Of a stretch of DNA of 64,000 nucleotides, positions 39,558 to 48,700 are shown one piece after another; position 1 is the first letter of the stretch, and each line of letters begins with the position of its first letter. Source of the stretch: Candidatus Multivoradales bacterium. Lineage in GTDB: Bacteria > Acidobacteriota > Thermoanaerobaculia > Multivoradales > JAHEKO01. Position numbers and translations under genes: made by a program. Location of the stretch: assembly GCA_965223855.1 (NCBI GenBank), contig CBDCXM010000009.1, forward strand, positions 3,136,001 through 3,200,000, read 5' to 3'. The notes beneath the pieces were generated by a model, which was given only the letters and a program-made list of their open reading frames with translations, was not told where the DNA came from and ran no database searches.

Positions 39558-40010
39558 CTACTCCTCCTGATGGGTGTGGAAGATCTTGGTGACGATCCGC
39601 CACCCCTCGTCGGTGCGGTAGAGACTCAGATAGTCGGTGTAGACCGGCTCTCCGTCGCGCAGCACTTCGACCCGCACCACCGCCGCCGATCCGGTCTGGT
39701 GCAGCAGATGGATCTCGTGACTGATCCCCTCGCCCAGCGGCTCGCCGTTGAGGCCGAGACGCTCCAGCCACTGATCGAGTGTGACCGTCCGCACCCCCTC
39801 GTCGCCCGCCACCTGCATCGCGAACGCCGAATCGAACCCGGTCCGCACCTTCTCCACGTCGCCCTCGAGCCAGATGCCTTCGACGTAGCCGGTCTGCACT
39901 GCGGCCTTGACCGCAGCGGCTTCGCCGTCAGCAGCCTCGTCGGCGAACAGCACCCCGGTCGAAACGAAAGTCAGGGCCGTTGCCGCAAGAGCCCGGGTCA
40001 ATGTCTTCAT
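39558..40010 (-). CDS. Secreted NTF2-family protein (lumazine-binding-like)
   Basis: Signal peptide; C-terminal YTDYLSLYRTDEGWRIVTKIF. Confidence 0.8.
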   Translation of the reverse strand: MKTLTRALAATALTFVSTGVLFADEAADGEAAAVKAAVQTGYVEGIWLEGDVEKVRTGFDSAFAMQVAGDEGVRTVTLDQWLERLGLNGEPLGEGISHEIHLLHQTGSAAVVRVEVLRDGEPVYTDYLSLYRTDEGWRIVTKIFHTHQEE

Positions 40011-40134
40011 CGCCACCCTCCTGTCGTCATGAGGTTCCAGTGTACCTACGAAGCTTCCCCGAGGATCGTTGCGGGTGGCGACCTCGCTTGCCAAAGTCCC
40101 GACGTTTGTCGCAGCATCCGTAGGGGAGGCCGCC

Positions 40135-40482
40135 ATGACACGTGACGAATCCTGGGACGATCTCGATCGCGAGGGGCGCCGGGCGCGGCGCCGCGAGTTC
40201 CGCAAGCGCAAGGAGCGCAAGCTCGACAGCTACGCCGAGCGCCTCGACGGGCTCGACCTCGACGAGGAACAAGACGCCGAGCTGTTCGAGGAGGTCCGCG
40301 GCGTTCGACGATCCAAGCGGGAGCTGCGCGGCCGCCTGCGCGACCTCTACGACGCGAGCGACCACGAGTGGGACGGCGTGCGCGAGGAGTTCGACGAATC
40401 CTGGGGCGAGTTCGAGAGCGACTGGGAGGATCTCTCGAAGCTGGTCTCGGGGCGGATCGACACCTCCGAGGACGAAGGGTAG
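40135..40482 (+). CDS. Acidic coiled-coil hypothetical protein
   Basis: GGAGG ribosome-binding site; charged helical sequence. Confidence 0.65.
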   Translation: MTRDESWDDLDREGRRARRREFRKRKERKLDSYAERLDGLDLDEEQDAELFEEVRGVRRSKRELRGRLRDLYDASDHEWDGVREEFDESWGEFESDWEDLSKLVSGRIDTSEDEG

Positions 40483-40514
40483 GGCTTCCCCAGTTCTCGA
40501 GGTCGGCGCGGCGC

Positions 40515-40931
40515 TCAGCCGCCGACGAACCGCGCGACCAGCGAATCGAAGTTCAGCGCGAAGTACAGCAGGATCGAGAGATTGCCGAAGGCCAGGGTCG
40601 GCAGGGTCCAGAGCGCCGCGACCAGCGCTCCCTGGTGGAGGTAGATCACGAGGAGCGCCAGCAGCAGCCCGAGGTAGAGATCCGCTCCGATCTGCCTCCC
40701 CCAGTGCAGCCGCGACATCCGCGCCACGGTGGCGAAGAGACTCTCACGGGAGCTGCAATAGACGGTGTAGCCGGTAAACCCGAGCCAGGTGCCCCAGATC
40801 AGGAATTTGACGCTCGCCATATCGGTTTGAATCGAAAAGGTTCCCGCATCACCGTGCGCGTAGATGGCGACGCCGACGAACAGAGCGTAGGCCGCCCAAC
40901 TGACTCCGTTGATGGTCCTCGATTGGCTCAC
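40515..40931 (-). CDS. Small membrane protein (DLYLG and FGN motifs)
   Basis: About four hydrophobic segments; start uncertain (GTG at 40931). Confidence 0.6.
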   Translation of the reverse strand: MSQSRTINGVSWAAYALFVGVAIYAHGDAGTFSIQTDMASVKFLIWGTWLGFTGYTVYCSSRESLFATVARMSRLHWGRQIGADLYLGLLLALLVIYLHQGALVAALWTLPTLAFGNLSILLYFALNFDSLVARFVGG

Positions 40932-41047
40932 TTCAGTTACCCCGCTGAGAGATGTCGTGGACGTGTGGACTGACACACCGAGCACCAGTTTCCGCGGAAC
41001 GTTCCGCTAGGATCAAGCGTGAAAGAAACAAAAAGGAGGGAACAGGA

Positions 41048-42085
41048 ATGAAGACTCGCGTTTCGACTTCTCTTGCCTGCTGGGTAGCGCTCCTCCTGAT
41101 GGCAGCCGGCGGCCAGGCCCAGACCCGCATCTTCGTCGGCCAGGGAGACGCTTCGTCGCTCCTTTCGGTCAGCATCGCTACCGGCGCGGCGACGAGCACC
41201 TCACTTTCCGGGAAGGTCGTCGCGATGGCCTCGGGTCCGGGCGGCCAGCCGGTCCTCGTGGCCACCGACGGGGGCGTGATCGACGTCCTCGATGACGGAG
41301 CGCCGAGTTCGATCGCCGTCGCCGGCGTGACCGGCCTGGTCGTCGATTCGGCCGCGGACTTCGCCTACCTGTCGATCGGCGGCGACGATCGCATCGATGT
41401 CCTCGACCTCCAGTCGGAGACCGTCGTCGATACGGTCGCCGTCGGCGACGCGCCCGGCCCGCTGGTCCTGCTCCCCGACGGTATGACGCTCTACGTCGCC
41501 AACACCGGCGACGGCACCGTCTCGGTGGTCGACCTTCTGGCAGGCATCGAGACGGAGACCGTGGTCGTCGGCCTCGAGCCGCGTGCCATCGCAACGTCTC
41601 CCGACGGCGGCTTCGTCTATGTCGTGGCAGGCGACGGCAGCCTCACGGCGATCGACACTTCCTCCGACACCGTCGCCGACGACGTCACCGGGCTCACCGA
41701 TCCGACCACCGTCACCGTCTCCTCGACCGGCGGCAGGCTGTACGTCTGCGAGCTCGGCGAGATCACCGTCTTCGACGCCGCCTTCAACGAGCTCGGCGCG
41801 GTCGCGCTCGGCGCCGGCGAGTTCTGCGGTGGAGCGTCGCTCCTCCCTGGCGGGCGCTACGTCGCGTTCAGCGTCACCAGCGATACCGAAGGCACCGACG
41901 GCCCGACCGGCTCCATCGGCCTCTTCCAGACCTGCTCAGAAACCCTGATCGACAGTTACGGAGCGGGCGCCGCCCCCGGAGTCACTCTCGGCCTGCCCTC
42001 GCTCTCCGTCCTCATCTCCGACGACTTCGAGTCCGGCGACACCCGCGCCTGGCCTACGGAGAGGGGTGGGGTCTGCGTGCCGTAG
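41048..42085 (+). CDS. Secreted YVTN/YncE-type beta-propeller with a variant C-terminal tag
   Basis: LYVANTGDGTVSVVD and SPDGGFVYV repeats; ends ISDDFESGDTRAW. Confidence 0.8.
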   Translation: MKTRVSTSLACWVALLLMAAGGQAQTRIFVGQGDASSLLSVSIATGAATSTSLSGKVVAMASGPGGQPVLVATDGGVIDVLDDGAPSSIAVAGVTGLVVDSAADFAYLSIGGDDRIDVLDLQSETVVDTVAVGDAPGPLVLLPDGMTLYVANTGDGTVSVVDLLAGIETETVVVGLEPRAIATSPDGGFVYVVAGDGSLTAIDTSSDTVADDVTGLTDPTTVTVSSTGGRLYVCELGEITVFDAAFNELGAVALGAGEFCGGASLLPGGRYVAFSVTSDTEGTDGPTGSIGLFQTCSETLIDSYGAGAAPGVTLGLPSLSVLISDDFESGDTRAWPTERGGVCVP

Positions 42086-42142
42086 CGATCGTTCGGCCCG
42101 AGCGTCCTCTTGCCGGAGACAAAGGCAGCACGAAGCTCCCGC

Positions 42143-43126
42143 TCATCGGGAAGCTGCCCGGGAAGCTGAGCCGAGTGAGCGTCCGCAGGCCAGGAAGTCC
42201 CCTAGGCTCGCACTGAGCCCCACTGTTCCGACGCGGCTCTCGTAGTCACCATCGAAGTGGAGGCGGAGCGCCTTCCGCCCCGCACCCAGCATCTGCCGCA
42301 GGAGATCTGCCGCTGCCATTCTCTCCAGCTCGAAGAGGGTGCTGGTGCCACGATCGATGCCGCCCGAGATCTTCACCTCGTCGTCCCCAAGATCCACGGT
42401 GAGAAAGGGATAGTCCCGATCCGGCCAGTCCCGCGCGTCCCGCGGGCCCCGTGGCGGGACGCGGCCTCCGACCCAGCGATCGATGAGATACAGAATCTCC
42501 AGACGAAGGCCCCGCACTTGATCGATGACGAAGCGGATGCGTCCCGTCGCACGATCGCCGTCGATCTCCTTCTCGAGCAGGCAGCGAGAGCCGCCCCGCT
42601 CGAGTGCAGCAGCCCACGGCAGCTCGAGGTTCGACTCCCCCGCCTGGACGGCTTCTCTCAGGGCCTGAAGCCAGATCACGTTTCGCAATCGTTCGTCGGG
42701 ATCGGCGCCGGGCAACGAAGCCATCACTCCCGGGCGGCAGATCCGATCCGCCCCGTCTCCCCTGCAGCGCAGCCCGACCAGCGCCTCTTCCCTTCTTGCT
42801 CGCTTCACCCTCGGCCGGCACAGAGGAACCACCCCCAGCTCGACCGGCAGCTCGTCCACGCGCTCCCCTGCGAGCAGCTCCAGGACCGTCAGATCGTCGA
42901 TGGAGCCGTAGGAGCCGTTGACGACTTCGGCACGGACAACGTAGTCGACCCGCGCAACTCGCTCGACGAGAGTCAGCGCTCGACCAGGGCAGCATTGGGC
43001 CTGCGGCGGCTGCGCAGCGGCCGGCGAGGCCAGCAGCAGGGTCGCGAGGAGCGGCGGGAGCAGACGATGCCTCAGACGCTGATCGCCGAGGCCCTGCGAC
43101 TCCAGTGCCCCGGATCGAAGTGCCAC
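42143..43126 (-). CDS. Hypothetical secreted protein; 5' end abuts the left end of the HUH element
   Basis: Signal-like RHRLLPPLLATLLLASPAAA. The only conventional in-frame start upstream of it lies inside the GAAGTGCCAC end motif. Confidence 0.45.
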   Translation of the reverse strand: MALRSGALESQGLGDQRLRHRLLPPLLATLLLASPAAAQPPQAQCCPGRALTLVERVARVDYVVRAEVVNGSYGSIDDLTVLELLAGERVDELPVELGVVPLCRPRVKRARREEALVGLRCRGDGADRICRPGVMASLPGADPDERLRNVIWLQALREAVQAGESNLELPWAAALERGGSRCLLEKEIDGDRATGRIRFVIDQVRGLRLEILYLIDRWVGGRVPPRGPRDARDWPDRDYPFLTVDLGDDEVKISGGIDRGTSTLFELERMAAADLLRQMLGAGRKALRLHFDGDYESRVGTVGLSASLGDFLACGRSLGSASRAASR

Positions 43127-44400
43127 TCGAATCTGAGAGAACGCCCCCGTGAGATTCTTCCCCAGCTCCCCGTCTGGGAGAGCATGGGACGAAAGCTCCG
43201 CTACCTGCCTTCAGAAGCCCTCGTAGAAGTCACCTGCCGCGTCATCCAACGGCGCTTCCTCCTGCGCCCGTCTCCCGTTCTCAACGAGATCGTCGTCGGC
43301 ACCTTGGCCCGCGCGCAAAGGCGCTACGGGATGAAGGTGTGTGGGTTCGTCTATCTGTCAAACCATTGCCATCTACTGCTCTACCCGACCGACGCCAGGC
43401 AGCTCGCCGACTTCATGCGCTACGTCAACTCCAAGCTTGCTCGCGAGGTCGGACGGCTCCATGACTGGAGAGAGAAAGTCTGGGGGCGGCGCTACGTGGA
43501 CATCGAAGTCTCCGAGGAACCCGAAGCCCAGATCCGCCGTCTTCGCTACCTGCTGAGCCAGGGGGTCAAGGAAGGGCTCGTGGGATCGCCGAGGCACTGG
43601 CCCGGGGCCTCTTCGACCAAGGCTCTCCTTCAGGGGGAAGCGCTCGAAGGTGTCTGGATCGATCGCACGGAGCAGTTCAAGGCCCACGAGCGAGGGGAGG
43701 CCAACCCGGATGCGCTCTTCACCTCCCGCGAAAGAGTGGAACTCTCGCCACTGCCCTGCTGGAACCACGAACCCGAAGGCCACTGGCGATCGGAGGTCCG
43801 GCGGATGGTGAAGGAGATCGAGGAGGAGGCTCCGGACGACGTGCTGGGTAAGGACGCGATCCTCGCCCAACACCCGCACGATCGTCCCAGCACGCCCGAG
43901 AAGCGCACTCCAGCGCCTCGCTTCCACGCGATCGAAGGAAGCGTGCGCCGGGCGCTCGAGGCCGGCTACGCCCTCGTCGTCCTCGCCTATCGGCAGGCGG
44001 CCGAGGACCTCAAGCGCGGCAGGGCCGCCGAGTTCCCCGCCGGATGCTTCAGGCCGGCCCTGGGCTTCGTACCACTCCCGCTCAAGACCTAGCAGCAACG
44101 GGTCGGCAAGTCCCGATACAAGCCAGCCGGCAAAGCCGGGCGGCGGAGCCGTGCCCACTTCTCGTCAGAGTGACCTCAAGAGCGACGACCGGACCCCGAG
44201 AACCGGCCGACAGGCCCGAAACGCAGCGTCGAGAGCGCAGTTCGGACGAACCTCGCAATGCCGAGGTCGCTCCACCAACCCTTACAGAGCCAGCAGGCCA
44301 ACTCTTTCCAGGAAGCGTATGGCACCTCTTTGAGCGCCGACATCCGCCGGGCACCGGCCTCGCGGCACCAGCTTCGCGGGCACACCCTTGCCGCTGACAC
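43104..44400 (+). mobile_element. RAYT-like HUH element, copy 1
   Basis: Left motif GAAGTGCCACTCGAATC (43117), transposase gene, conserved tail, right motif TGGCACCTC (44320) and a GGCAC array to 44400. Homologous to copies 2 and 3. Confidence 0.75.
43184..44092 (+). CDS. HUH Y1 tyrosine transposase (RAYT / IS200-like), 302 aa
   Basis: VEVTCR, HUH motif SNHCHLL, WGRRY, catalytic-Tyr helix RYLLSQGVKEGLV, WPGASS. Confidence 0.9.
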   Translation: MGRKLRYLPSEALVEVTCRVIQRRFLLRPSPVLNEIVVGTLARAQRRYGMKVCGFVYLSNHCHLLLYPTDARQLADFMRYVNSKLAREVGRLHDWREKVWGRRYVDIEVSEEPEAQIRRLRYLLSQGVKEGLVGSPRHWPGASSTKALLQGEALEGVWIDRTEQFKAHERGEANPDALFTSRERVELSPLPCWNHEPEGHWRSEVRRMVKEIEEEAPDDVLGKDAILAQHPHDRPSTPEKRTPAPRFHAIEGSVRRALEAGYALVVLAYRQAAEDLKRGRAAEFPAGCFRPALGFVPLPLKT

Positions 44401-44532
44401 TCACTTCACTCGCTCGTCGTGGGTCACCGGCCATCGCCCGGCACGTCTAGCCGCACCCGCAGCGCCCCTGCCGCTTCCGTGGGCTAGCATCGCCCATCGC
44501 TTCTCAGACCCGACGAAGTTGAAGGAGACCCG

Positions 44533-47382
44533 ATGATTGAATCCTGCATCCAGTTCCTCCGTGGTCCGGAGAGAGCCTCGGACGGTGGTGATGTCGCCAG
44601 ACGACCCGCCCGCGTCTCTCCCGGGTTCGTCGTGGTGGTCGTGTCTCTCCTCGCCCCGCTTCTCGCGGCCGGCCATGGCAGGACAGAGGCCGCAGAAGCT
44701 GGAGCGCAGTTCGGAGCACAGTCCGGGCAGGAGGCCGTTCTCCACAGCGCCCATCTGCTCACCGAGCGGGGTCTCGTCGTAGAAGCGATCGCCCGCACCG
44801 CACAGGCTCTGCGGGAGGATCCCGCGAACGCGCGGGCGCGAAGCTGGCTGCTCGACGCGCTCCAGCGACGGGAGTGGTCGTGGATCCGATCGATCCTCCA
44901 GCATTCGAACGACGACGATCTGACCTCGGCCACGCTCAGCCCCGACGGCACCCGCGTCGTCACGACGTCGCACTCTGGCAGGACAAGGCTCTGGGATGCG
45001 GCGACCGGCCGACCCGTCGGCGAGCCGCTGCACCCCGACCAATCGGTATGGGGGCTGGCCGTATTCAGTCGTGATGGACGGCGCCTGTTCACCGTCTCGA
45101 ACGAGGCCAACGCCTTCTGGGACCCGCAGACGGGCCAGAAGACCGGGGAACTCGACGCCCCCTTCTTCTGGGAGCAGCAGGACGCCGCAGCAGCGGACTT
45201 CAGCCCTGACGGGACGCGCCTGGCGATCGCGGCATCCGAGGGCTTGCCGGTGCTCTTCGACGCCGACACCGGCGAGAGCCTGGCCGACGTCAACCCTCTC
45301 GTGGGAACCCTGTCGCACGTGACGTTCAGCCCCGACGGAGCCTATTTCGTCACGGCCGGATCGGAGACGCTCGAAGATGGGTCGGCTCACGATGGCGTCG
45401 TTCGGTTCTGGGACGGGACGACCGGAGAACCCCTCGGCGCGCCACTCCTTCACGACGCCAGGGCTACCTTTGCGTCCTTCAGTTTCGACGGCACGCGACT
45501 GCTCACTGTCTCGAACCACGGGAGCCCGACCACGCAGCAGGGCGGTGCCGCCCGACTCTGGGACGTGGCCACCCGAACCCCGCTTGGAGGGCCTCTCGAG
45601 CAACCCGGATTCATGCGAAGCGCGTCCTTCAGCCGGGACGGGACGCGCATCCTGACCGTCGCGGACGACCGGATCGGCAGGTTTGCTCAGGCTCAAGTCT
45701 GGGACGTGGCCAGCGGGCAACCGCTCGGACGGACGATCCGGCTCGACTTCACGGATGATTCGGGGTGGCGTGTCTTCTCCGCCTCGTTCAGTCCGGGGGG
45801 CGACCGGATCCTCACGGGAGGGGGAGACACGGACGTGCGCCTTTGGGATGCCGTGACGGGCGAGCCGATCGGAGAGCCCCTCGAGCACGGTTCCGCCGTG
45901 GTCTCGGCCTTGTTCGGCCCGGAAGGCAAGCGGGTCGTCACCGCTTCGGTCGACGGCAGAGCACGGCTCTGGGATGCGGCCATTGGCCAGCCTGACGGAC
46001 AGGCGCTCCGGCACGCGAGCCCCTTGCGCTCCGCGTACTTCAGCCCGGATGGTGGTCGCGTCGTCAGCTCCGCGGACGATCTCGGCGGCGCCCGGTTGTG
46101 GGAGGTGGCTTCAGGCCGGCTCCTCGGCGATCCCCTTCGACACCAGGACCATCGCGTCTTCGAAGCGTCGTTCAGCCCCGACGGCACGAGGGTCGTCACG
46201 GCCTCGGACGACCACACCGCCCAGATCTGGGACGCCGCGACCGGTGAGCGGGTCGGGCCAGCCCTCCGGCATGAAGACGGCGTCTCCTCCGCATCGTTCA
46301 GCCCGGACGGTTCGCTCGTCGTCACTGTCGCCCGGAACTGGGCCGCCGGCGTCTGGAACGCGGTCGGCGGCGAAGCGCTGGGAGAGCGGATCCGACACCG
46401 GGGGCCGATCGTATCCGCGTCGATCAGCCCCGACGGTCGGAGCCTCCTCACGGCCTGGAACGAGGGGAGCCCACCAGATGAAGGGCCGGACCTGGCAAGG
46501 CTCTGGGATCCGTCCACGGGCCAGCCGATTGGACCCTCCCTGCAGAACAACGTCTCCAGGCGGGAGGAGGACATCACGTCGGCCTCCTTCAGTCGGGACG
46601 GGTCGCGGATTCTCTCCGGCCTGTACGCTCGCGCGCTCGTCTTCGACTCGGCCCTCGAGCCGCTGAGGACGCTCGAGGCCGAGCGGTTCGGTGATCTCAG
46701 GACCCAGATCGTTTCGGCAGCCTTCAGTCCCGACGGCAGCCGGGTCGTCACCGCTGGAGAGAACGCCGCCTGGCTCTGGGACGAAGCGACCGGCCAGCGC
46801 GTCGGAGTGCCCCTCTCCCACGAGGGCCGGGTCGGCATGGCGGTGTTCGATCCCGACGGGGCCAGGGTGGTGACCGTCTCCGACGACAGCGCACGGGTAT
46901 GGGACGCGGTCAGCGGACTGCCACTGGGAGGACCGCTGCGACACCAGGCCGAAGTGCTCTCGGCCACCTTCGATGCCGAGGGAGACCGGATCCTCACGGC
47001 CTCGAAGGACGGAACCGCACGGCTCTGGGACGCGGAGATCGGCACCGAGACCGATTCGGCGGTCCTTGCCGATCTCGCCGAGCTGGTCGTCGGATACCGG
47101 CTGAGCGAGCTGCGAGCGCTGGTGCCGATCCGGGAGCCGCGACGAGAACTCGCGCGCCTCGCGCAGGCCGCCGGTACCGGAGAGGGCTTCGGGTGGCACT
47201 TCGTCCGGTGGTTCCTCAGCGACCGGCGGGAGCGCACCGTCTCGCCGCTGTCGACCCAGCCGCTGTCCGACTACTGCCGGGAGGAGCAGGGGTTTCGTGA
47301 AGAGCACCCCTATCCGAAGTTCGAGCTGCCGACGGCCTGCCGGGGGATCGTGGAGGAGGGACCGGGCCGGTCTCCGACATAG
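44533..47382 (+). CDS. Large WD40-repeat protein
   Basis: About 14 repeats of SASFSPDGxRVVTASxDxxARLWD, preceded by a hydrophobic N-terminal segment. Confidence 0.9.
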   Translation: MIESCIQFLRGPERASDGGDVARRPARVSPGFVVVVVSLLAPLLAAGHGRTEAAEAGAQFGAQSGQEAVLHSAHLLTERGLVVEAIARTAQALREDPANARARSWLLDALQRREWSWIRSILQHSNDDDLTSATLSPDGTRVVTTSHSGRTRLWDAATGRPVGEPLHPDQSVWGLAVFSRDGRRLFTVSNEANAFWDPQTGQKTGELDAPFFWEQQDAAAADFSPDGTRLAIAASEGLPVLFDADTGESLADVNPLVGTLSHVTFSPDGAYFVTAGSETLEDGSAHDGVVRFWDGTTGEPLGAPLLHDARATFASFSFDGTRLLTVSNHGSPTTQQGGAARLWDVATRTPLGGPLEQPGFMRSASFSRDGTRILTVADDRIGRFAQAQVWDVASGQPLGRTIRLDFTDDSGWRVFSASFSPGGDRILTGGGDTDVRLWDAVTGEPIGEPLEHGSAVVSALFGPEGKRVVTASVDGRARLWDAAIGQPDGQALRHASPLRSAYFSPDGGRVVSSADDLGGARLWEVASGRLLGDPLRHQDHRVFEASFSPDGTRVVTASDDHTAQIWDAATGERVGPALRHEDGVSSASFSPDGSLVVTVARNWAAGVWNAVGGEALGERIRHRGPIVSASISPDGRSLLTAWNEGSPPDEGPDLARLWDPSTGQPIGPSLQNNVSRREEDITSASFSRDGSRILSGLYARALVFDSALEPLRTLEAERFGDLRTQIVSAAFSPDGSRVVTAGENAAWLWDEATGQRVGVPLSHEGRVGMAVFDPDGARVVTVSDDSARVWDAVSGLPLGGPLRHQAEVLSATFDAEGDRILTASKDGTARLWDAEIGTETDSAVLADLAELVVGYRLSELRALVPIREPRRELARLAQAAGTGEGFGWHFVRWFLSDRRERTVSPLSTQPLSDYCREEQGFREEHPYPKFELPTACRGIVEEGPGRSPT

Positions 47383-47391
47383 GATCGGCGC

Positions 47392-47455
47392 ATGACAAAC
47401 CAAGAGCTGACTCGCCGGATCGAACGACTCGAGCGGACCCACCGGCTGCTGACAC
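47392..47455 (+). pseudogene. Probable 5' remnant of a gene interrupted by HUH element copy 2
   Basis: AGGA then ATG, reading MTNQELTRRIERLERTHRLLT, which runs into the end repeats. Confidence 0.4.
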
Positions 47456-47498
47456 GCCCGATGGAAGTGCCCCGATGGAAGTGCCCGATGGAAGTGCC
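47456..47498 (+). repeat. Three tandem copies of CCCGATGGAAGTG(C) at the left end of element copy 2
   Basis: Directly visible units starting at 47457, 47471 and 47484. Confidence 0.9.
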
Positions 47499-47557
47499 AC
47501 TCGAATCCCAGCGAACACTCTCGTGAGATTTCCCGACCATTCACCGTCTACGAGGGC

Positions 47558-48466
47558 ATGGGACGCAAGCTTCGCCACCTGCCCTCGGAAGCTCTCGTAG
47601 AAGTCACCTGTCGCGTGATCCAGAGGCGCTTTCTGCTGCGCCCGTCTCCGGTACTCAACGAGATCATCATCGGCACCCTTGCCCGAGGGCAGAGGCGCTA
47701 CGGAATGAGGGTGTGCGGGTTCGTCTACCTGTCGAATCACTGCCACCTGCTGCTCTATCCGACGGACGCCAGGCAACTCGCCGACTTCATGCGCTACGTC
47801 AACTCGAAGATCGCCCGCGAGGTCGGGCGGCTCCATGACTGGAGGGAGAAAGTCTGGGGGCGCCGCTATGTGGACATCGAGGTCTCCAAGGAACCCGAGG
47901 CGCAGGTTCACCGTCTTCGCTATCTCCTCCGACAAGGGGTCAAGGAAGGCCTCGTTGCTTCGCCGAAGCACTGGCCCGGAGCCTCCTCGACGAAGGCCCT
48001 GCTTAGGGGCGAAGAGCTCGAAGGCGTCTGGATCGACCGCACGGAGCAGTTCAGGGCCCACGAGCGCGGGGAGCACAACCCGGATGCGCTCTTCACTTCC
48101 CGGGAACGATTGGAGCTCTCTCCACTGCCCTGCTGGGAGCACGAACCAGAGAGCCGCTGGCGATCCGAGGTCCGGCGGATGGTGAGAGAGATCGAGAAGG
48201 AAGCCCCAGAACAGATCCTCGGCAAAGAGGCGATCCTCGCTCAACACCCGCACGATCGCCCCAGCACGCCTGCAAACCGGACCCCCGCGCCTCGCTTCCA
48301 CGCGATCCAAGGAAGCGTGCGCCGAGCGCTGGAGGCCGGCTATGCCCTCGTCGTCCTCGCCTATCGGCAGGCCGCAGAGGATCTCAAGCGCGGCGCAGTC
48401 GCCGACTTCCCCGCCGGGTGCTTCAGGCCGGGCCTCGGATTCGTGCCGCTCCCGCTCAGGGTCTAG
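47558..48466 (+). CDS. HUH Y1 tyrosine transposase (RAYT / IS200-like), 302 aa, paralogue of 43184-44092
   Basis: Same motifs; about 35 aa differences from copy 1 by manual comparison. Confidence 0.9.
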   Translation: MGRKLRHLPSEALVEVTCRVIQRRFLLRPSPVLNEIIIGTLARGQRRYGMRVCGFVYLSNHCHLLLYPTDARQLADFMRYVNSKIAREVGRLHDWREKVWGRRYVDIEVSKEPEAQVHRLRYLLRQGVKEGLVASPKHWPGASSTKALLRGEELEGVWIDRTEQFRAHERGEHNPDALFTSRERLELSPLPCWEHEPESRWRSEVRRMVREIEKEAPEQILGKEAILAQHPHDRPSTPANRTPAPRFHAIQGSVRRALEAGYALVVLAYRQAAEDLKRGAVADFPAGCFRPGLGFVPLPLRV

Positions 48467-48700
48467 CAGCAACGAGCCGGGAAGGCACGGATGGGAGCCA
48501 GCCGGCGAACGCGGGCGGCGGAGCTGTGCCCGCTTCTCGTCGCGCGCAACTCAACCCCGAGCGACTGTCCCCGAAGAGGCACCGAGAGGCCCGGAACGCA
48601 GCCGAGAGAGCGTAGTTCGACGAGCCTCGCAAACTTCAGGATGCCCCATCACCTGTCCAGAAGCATCCTCTTCAGGAAGAGCATGGCACCTCTAGGAGGG

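Noticed and set aside
42257-43183. Apparent 611-aa transposase with a long N-terminal extension
   Set aside because: Copy 2 starts at the equivalent MGRKLR with the same upstream spacing. The extension is an open antisense frame of the neighbouring gene.
44140-44230. Group II intron domain V (GAGCCG start)
   Set aside because: The domain V hairpin cannot be formed and there is no reverse transcriptase gene.
44320-44400. CRISPR array
   Set aside because: The repeats are 5-8 bp with spacers of about 10 nt, far below CRISPR dimensions, and there are no cas genes in the window.
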